Source: an uncultured Spirochaetota bacterium (GTDB lineage Bacteria > Spirochaetota > Brevinematia > Brevinematales > JAOACQ01). Taken from it: 64,000 nt of DNA. Under the pieces are notes generated by a model. That model was not told the DNA's origin and searched no databases. It saw only the letters and a list, made by a program, of their open reading frames with translations. Position 1 is the first letter of the stretch. Every line of letters begins with the position of its first letter. Made by a program: the position numbers and the translations under genes. Location of the stretch: assembly GCA_963783575.1 (NCBI GenBank), contig CAWAOD010000005.1, positions 320,001 through 384,000 on the forward strand. The letters are read 5' to 3'. Shown here piece by piece: positions 60,807 to 64,000 of the stretch.

Positions 60807-62159
60807 TCAGTTTGATATAATATTTATGATATCAAGAATATTTTCTTTGAGCCACTGGCGGTTCATCCATCCGCTGGGATTTACAAATCGCCCCTGCAGG
60901 ATAACACCAAAATGAAGATGATCTCCCAGTGCATAACCGGTATGGCCTGTTCTGGCTATGACCTGTCCGGCTGAAACAATATCGTCTTTTTTTACCATAA
61001 GAATCGAGCAATGAGCGTATAGTGTGTATAATCCCATTCCATGACGTATAAGTATCATATTCCCGCTTGATCCGTTATATCCAGCAAATATAACCGTTCC
61101 GGGATTTGATGAGAATATATCTGCATTTTTTGAGCTTGCAAGGTCCATACCCAGATGATAAGAATCCCTGACGTTTTTTTTGTTTAATTTGAATATTCGG
61201 TGTTCTCCGTATGGTGAAGTAACAACTGCGTTCAATAATGGTTTGAACGGTTTAAAAGAGATAAAATCTATCCGGTTTGTCATTGGTATGGATGTAATGT
61301 CTCCTACATTTATTGCTATTTTTTTCTGGAATTCCTTCATAATCATTTCATACTGCTTCAATCTGTTCTTTGGAGCATTTTTTATGCCCAATGCTTCTTC
61401 GTTGATTTTATCGCCGGTAAAACTGCTGTCGATTTTTAGATAAGATACTTTATAATCAATTATTTTTGATTCTATCGGGATTTGATTGGAGCTTACATTC
61501 CCGGCTTTATCCAGAGCAATGATGTTTATACCGAATTCTTTTTGATAAACAGGCCAGGCAAAAAGCGAAGCATAATTATCGGTATTTCCCATCTTTAAAG
61601 GAAAAAAACGGTTTCCTTCATAATCGGTCAGCCATACTGACTTTAAATTATCATCCCTTACTTTGAATATAACAACGGCGCTTCCGCCAAGTTTTATTTG
61701 AGACGAGGTTTTTATTATCTCGATTTCCGGCGGTTTTGCATCAATTATAACCGGAAGTGAATATGAACGTCCGGATATTGATAATATGAAAAATAAATCA
61801 GGCGGAAAAAAAGGCGGAGATTCAAGCGTATTAAAAGAAATGAGGATGTTTGTTTTATAGGTTTCAATCGATGTAATACTCATCCTGATTTTATAATAAC
61901 GGCATTCAAGGCCTGCTTCCATTCCATTAGTCTGTGTTGAACCGTCCAAAATAATTTTCAAAGAATAATTTGTATTCCAGTAAATCACAGTATCATTGAT
62001 AAGATTTGTAATTTTTTCCTGTTGGTTGGTAAATGAGCTATTTTCAAAACCGAAATTAGAAATAAAAGTAATTGAAGAAGAGGTAATATCATTGTTACCC
62101 GCAAAAACAGATAATATTCCTGTAAATATTAAAAATAACATTGTAAAACAACTCCTCAT
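60807..62159 (-). CDS. M23 family metallopeptidase
   Basis: HLGMD, LYAHCS and HLHFG motifs; signal peptide. Confidence 0.9.
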   Translation of the reverse strand: MRSCFTMLFLIFTGILSVFAGNNDITSSSITFISNFGFENSSFTNQQEKITNLINDTVIYWNTNYSLKIILDGSTQTNGMEAGLECRYYKIRMSITSIETYKTNILISFNTLESPPFFPPDLFFILSISGRSYSLPVIIDAKPPEIEIIKTSSQIKLGGSAVVIFKVRDDNLKSVWLTDYEGNRFFPLKMGNTDNYASLFAWPVYQKEFGINIIALDKAGNVSSNQIPIESKIIDYKVSYLKIDSSFTGDKINEEALGIKNAPKNRLKQYEMIMKEFQKKIAINVGDITSIPMTNRIDFISFKPFKPLLNAVVTSPYGEHRIFKLNKKNVRDSYHLGMDLASSKNADIFSSNPGTVIFAGYNGSSGNMILIRHGMGLYTLYAHCSILMVKKDDIVSAGQVIARTGHTGYALGDHLHFGVILQGRFVNPSGWMNRQWLKENILDIINIISN

Positions 62160-62224
62160 TTCATAACTCCGAAACCATAAATTCTTAACAGTTATTTTAA
62201 GTCAGTTCTGTTTTTTTTACAATT

Positions 62225-62445
62225 AAACCGATCGGGTGGTCAACCAGTCAACCAGTCGATTAGTCGAAGTCGGGAAGTCAGTTTGTCGGTTAGTCGAAAG
62301 TTTGTAAGTCAATTAGCCGCTTTTTGTTAGTTAAATTAGTTTATTATTGATAATCCCAGCTTATTAATTAACAGACAAACCGACTTCCAGACAAGCCTAC
62401 GAACTAACTAATAGACTAAATGACTTTCGACTAACAGACTAGTCA
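62225..62445. repeat. Inverted arrays of degenerate (TT)AGTC(G)/(C)GACT(AA) short repeats
   Basis: Left arm GTCGATTAGTCGAAGTCGGGAAGTCAGTTTGTCGGTTAGTCGAAAG; right arm GACAAACCGACTTCC...GACTTTCGACTAACAGACTAG. Confidence 0.65.
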
Positions 62446-62517
62446 TTGATTTTACTTTTTAAAACGATATTGTTATAATTTTATGTTGTTTTCAATTGCA
62501 ATTAAGGAGAAAATATC

Positions 62518-63723
62518 ATGGGAAAAACGATTTTTAATACTATTGAGGAGGCTATTGTTGAGATAAAAAAAGGTGAGATGGTTATTGTTGTGGATGATGA
62601 AGACAGGGAAAATGAGGGAGATCTCATAATGTCGGCAAAATTGGCTACTCCTGAAAAGATAAATTTTATTTTGAAAGAAGCCAGAGGGCTTCTCTGCGCG
62701 CCGATGTCGGCCGATGTAACCGAAAAACTGGATCTTTCCATAATGGTGGATGACGCTGATGAGAAATGGGGAACTGCCTTTACAGTTTCCGTTGACGCGA
62801 AAGAAACCTCAACCGGTATTTCGGCTCAGGAAAGGGCTTTAACGCTGCATGAACTTGCCAGGGCAGATGCAAAAAAGGAAGATTTTGTTCGTCCCGGGCA
62901 TATATTCCCTTTAAAAGCAAGGAAGGGCGGGGTTTTAAAAAGAACAGGACATACCGAGGCAGCTGTGGACTTAATGCAGTTGTCCGGGCTTGAACCGGTC
63001 GGCGTGATTTGTGAAATCCTTAATGAAGACGGTAGTATGGCAAGACTTCCTCAGCTCCTTGAATTTGCTGAAAAATTCAGATTTAAAATAATCAGTGTGG
63101 CTCAGATTATAGAATATAGAAGAAACAAAGAAAATCATATATGGCGGGAAGCCGAAGCGCATCTACCGACAAAGTTCGGTGATTTCAAAATCATAGTTTA
63201 CCGTACTGATATAGATGATAAAGATCATGTTGCGCTGGTCAAAGGTGATATTTCTAAATGCGGCAGGGCACTTGTTAGAGTTCACTCCGAATGTTTTACT
63301 GGAGATGTTCTTGGTTCTCTTCGATGCGATTGCGGAGATCAGCTTCATCAGGCAATGAAAATGATAGAAAAAGATGGATGCGGTGTTCTTCTATATATGC
63401 GCCAGGAAGGCAGAGGAATAGGGCTGGTAAATAAAATCAAGGCTTATGCGCTTCAGGAAAATAACGGCCTTGATACTGTCGAAGCCAATATACATCTGGG
63501 GTTTAAAGCCGATCTTCGTGACTATGGAATAGGGGCACAGATATTAAAAGACCTTGGTTTAACAAAGATCAGGCTAATAACAAATAATCCGACTAAGGTT
63601 GTCGGTTTAAGGGGATATGGAATAGAAATTGTGGAAAGGGTTCCTATAATCACCAGGACCAATGAATTGAATTTTAAATATATGATGACAAAAAAGAATA
63701 AGATGGGACATATTCTGGATTGA
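62518..63723 (+). CDS. ribBA: Bifunctional DHBP synthase / GTP cyclohydrolase II
   Basis: [34 protein letters not shown] and RQEGRG motifs. Confidence 0.97.
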   Translation: MGKTIFNTIEEAIVEIKKGEMVIVVDDEDRENEGDLIMSAKLATPEKINFILKEARGLLCAPMSADVTEKLDLSIMVDDADEKWGTAFTVSVDAKETSTGISAQERALTLHELARADAKKEDFVRPGHIFPLKARKGGVLKRTGHTEAAVDLMQLSGLEPVGVICEILNEDGSMARLPQLLEFAEKFRFKIISVAQIIEYRRNKENHIWREAEAHLPTKFGDFKIIVYRTDIDDKDHVALVKGDISKCGRALVRVHSECFTGDVLGSLRCDCGDQLHQAMKMIEKDGCGVLLYMRQEGRGIGLVNKIKAYALQENNGLDTVEANIHLGFKADLRDYGIGAQILKDLGLTKIRLITNNPTKVVGLRGYGIEIVERVPIITRTNELNFKYMMTKKNKMGHILD

Positions 63724-63756
63724 CATCAATTGGCATCAATTGACATCAATTGACAT
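63720..63756. repeat. 10-bp tandem repeat TTGACATCAA, about 3.5 copies
   Basis: TTGACATCAA TTGGCATCAA TTGACATCAA TTGACAT; includes the stop codons of both convergent genes. Confidence 0.75.
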
Positions 63757-64000
63757 GGGTAATCAGATCGTGAGAATCTTCAGTTATTCTTTTATAAATA
63801 TAATTTGCTATGACTTTCATATTCTGCGCTTCTATATTATCGAATTTGAACCCGGCAGCGTCATCCCTTTTTGCTATCAAAGTGGATAAAGTTCTTATTT
63901 TTGTACCGTAAAGAGATATTAAAAGAGGATCATAAACCATTTTCGGAATTAACAGGCTTGCTTCAAGAGAATCATGGAACTTAATGGCTACTCCCCCGGC
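63746..64000 (-). CDS. C-terminus of a probable PilZ-domain protein, truncated by the window edge
   Basis: Frame open to the window end: AGGVAIKF...AAGFKFDNI...IANYIY. Confidence 0.55.
   Translation of the reverse strand, partial: AGGVAIKFHDSLEASLLIPKMVYDPLLISLYGTKIRTLSTLIAKRDDAAGFKFDNIEAQNMKVIANYIYKRITEDSHDLITHVN

Noticed and set aside
464..63348. Numerous short antisense or nested ORFs in the ORF track (e.g. 8498-8887, 9575-10033, 37653-38165, 46343-46729)
   Set aside because: They are shadows of well-supported genes and lack RBS or domain motifs.
1..64000. tRNA, rRNA, integron integrase or other site-specific recombinase genes
   Set aside because: None were recognisable by eye or in the ORF track.

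Overview
This is a low-GC bacterial chromosomal window, probably from a spirochaete (inferred from a LIC_10190-like membrane protein, a MAF_flag10/MptE-like protein and spirochaete-type lipoprotein signals). Most of it is housekeeping or metabolic: serC-serA, rex with two Rex boxes, msrB, an M16 peptidase, GT4 plus WbaP, beta-mannosidase, pdp-cdd, AmmeMemoRadiSam rSAM, argD, leuCD, hisC and ribBA. Several genes are decayed or frameshifted, and there are several families of small palindromic repeats and MITEs. The most unusual part is 38.5-51.1 kb, downstream of leuD. Four unrelated, co-oriented, cassette-like loci sit there (DUF4300-like, DHFR/RibD-C, vapBC, Imm5-like). The first three end in an attC-like inverse core (GTACAAC, GTCTAAC, GCACAAC), followed at once by a copy of a roughly 770-bp, highly self-complementary non-coding element, here called X. 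The fourth is followed only by a short fragment of X. Two X copies end in an outward-facing sigma70-like promoter. X also acts as a site-specific landing pad: two IS1182 copies and a cognate 99-bp MITE are inserted at the same TTG of an internal REP-like motif, and an IS4 and an IS21 lie in the first copy. No integrase or other dedicated recombinase is encoded in the window.
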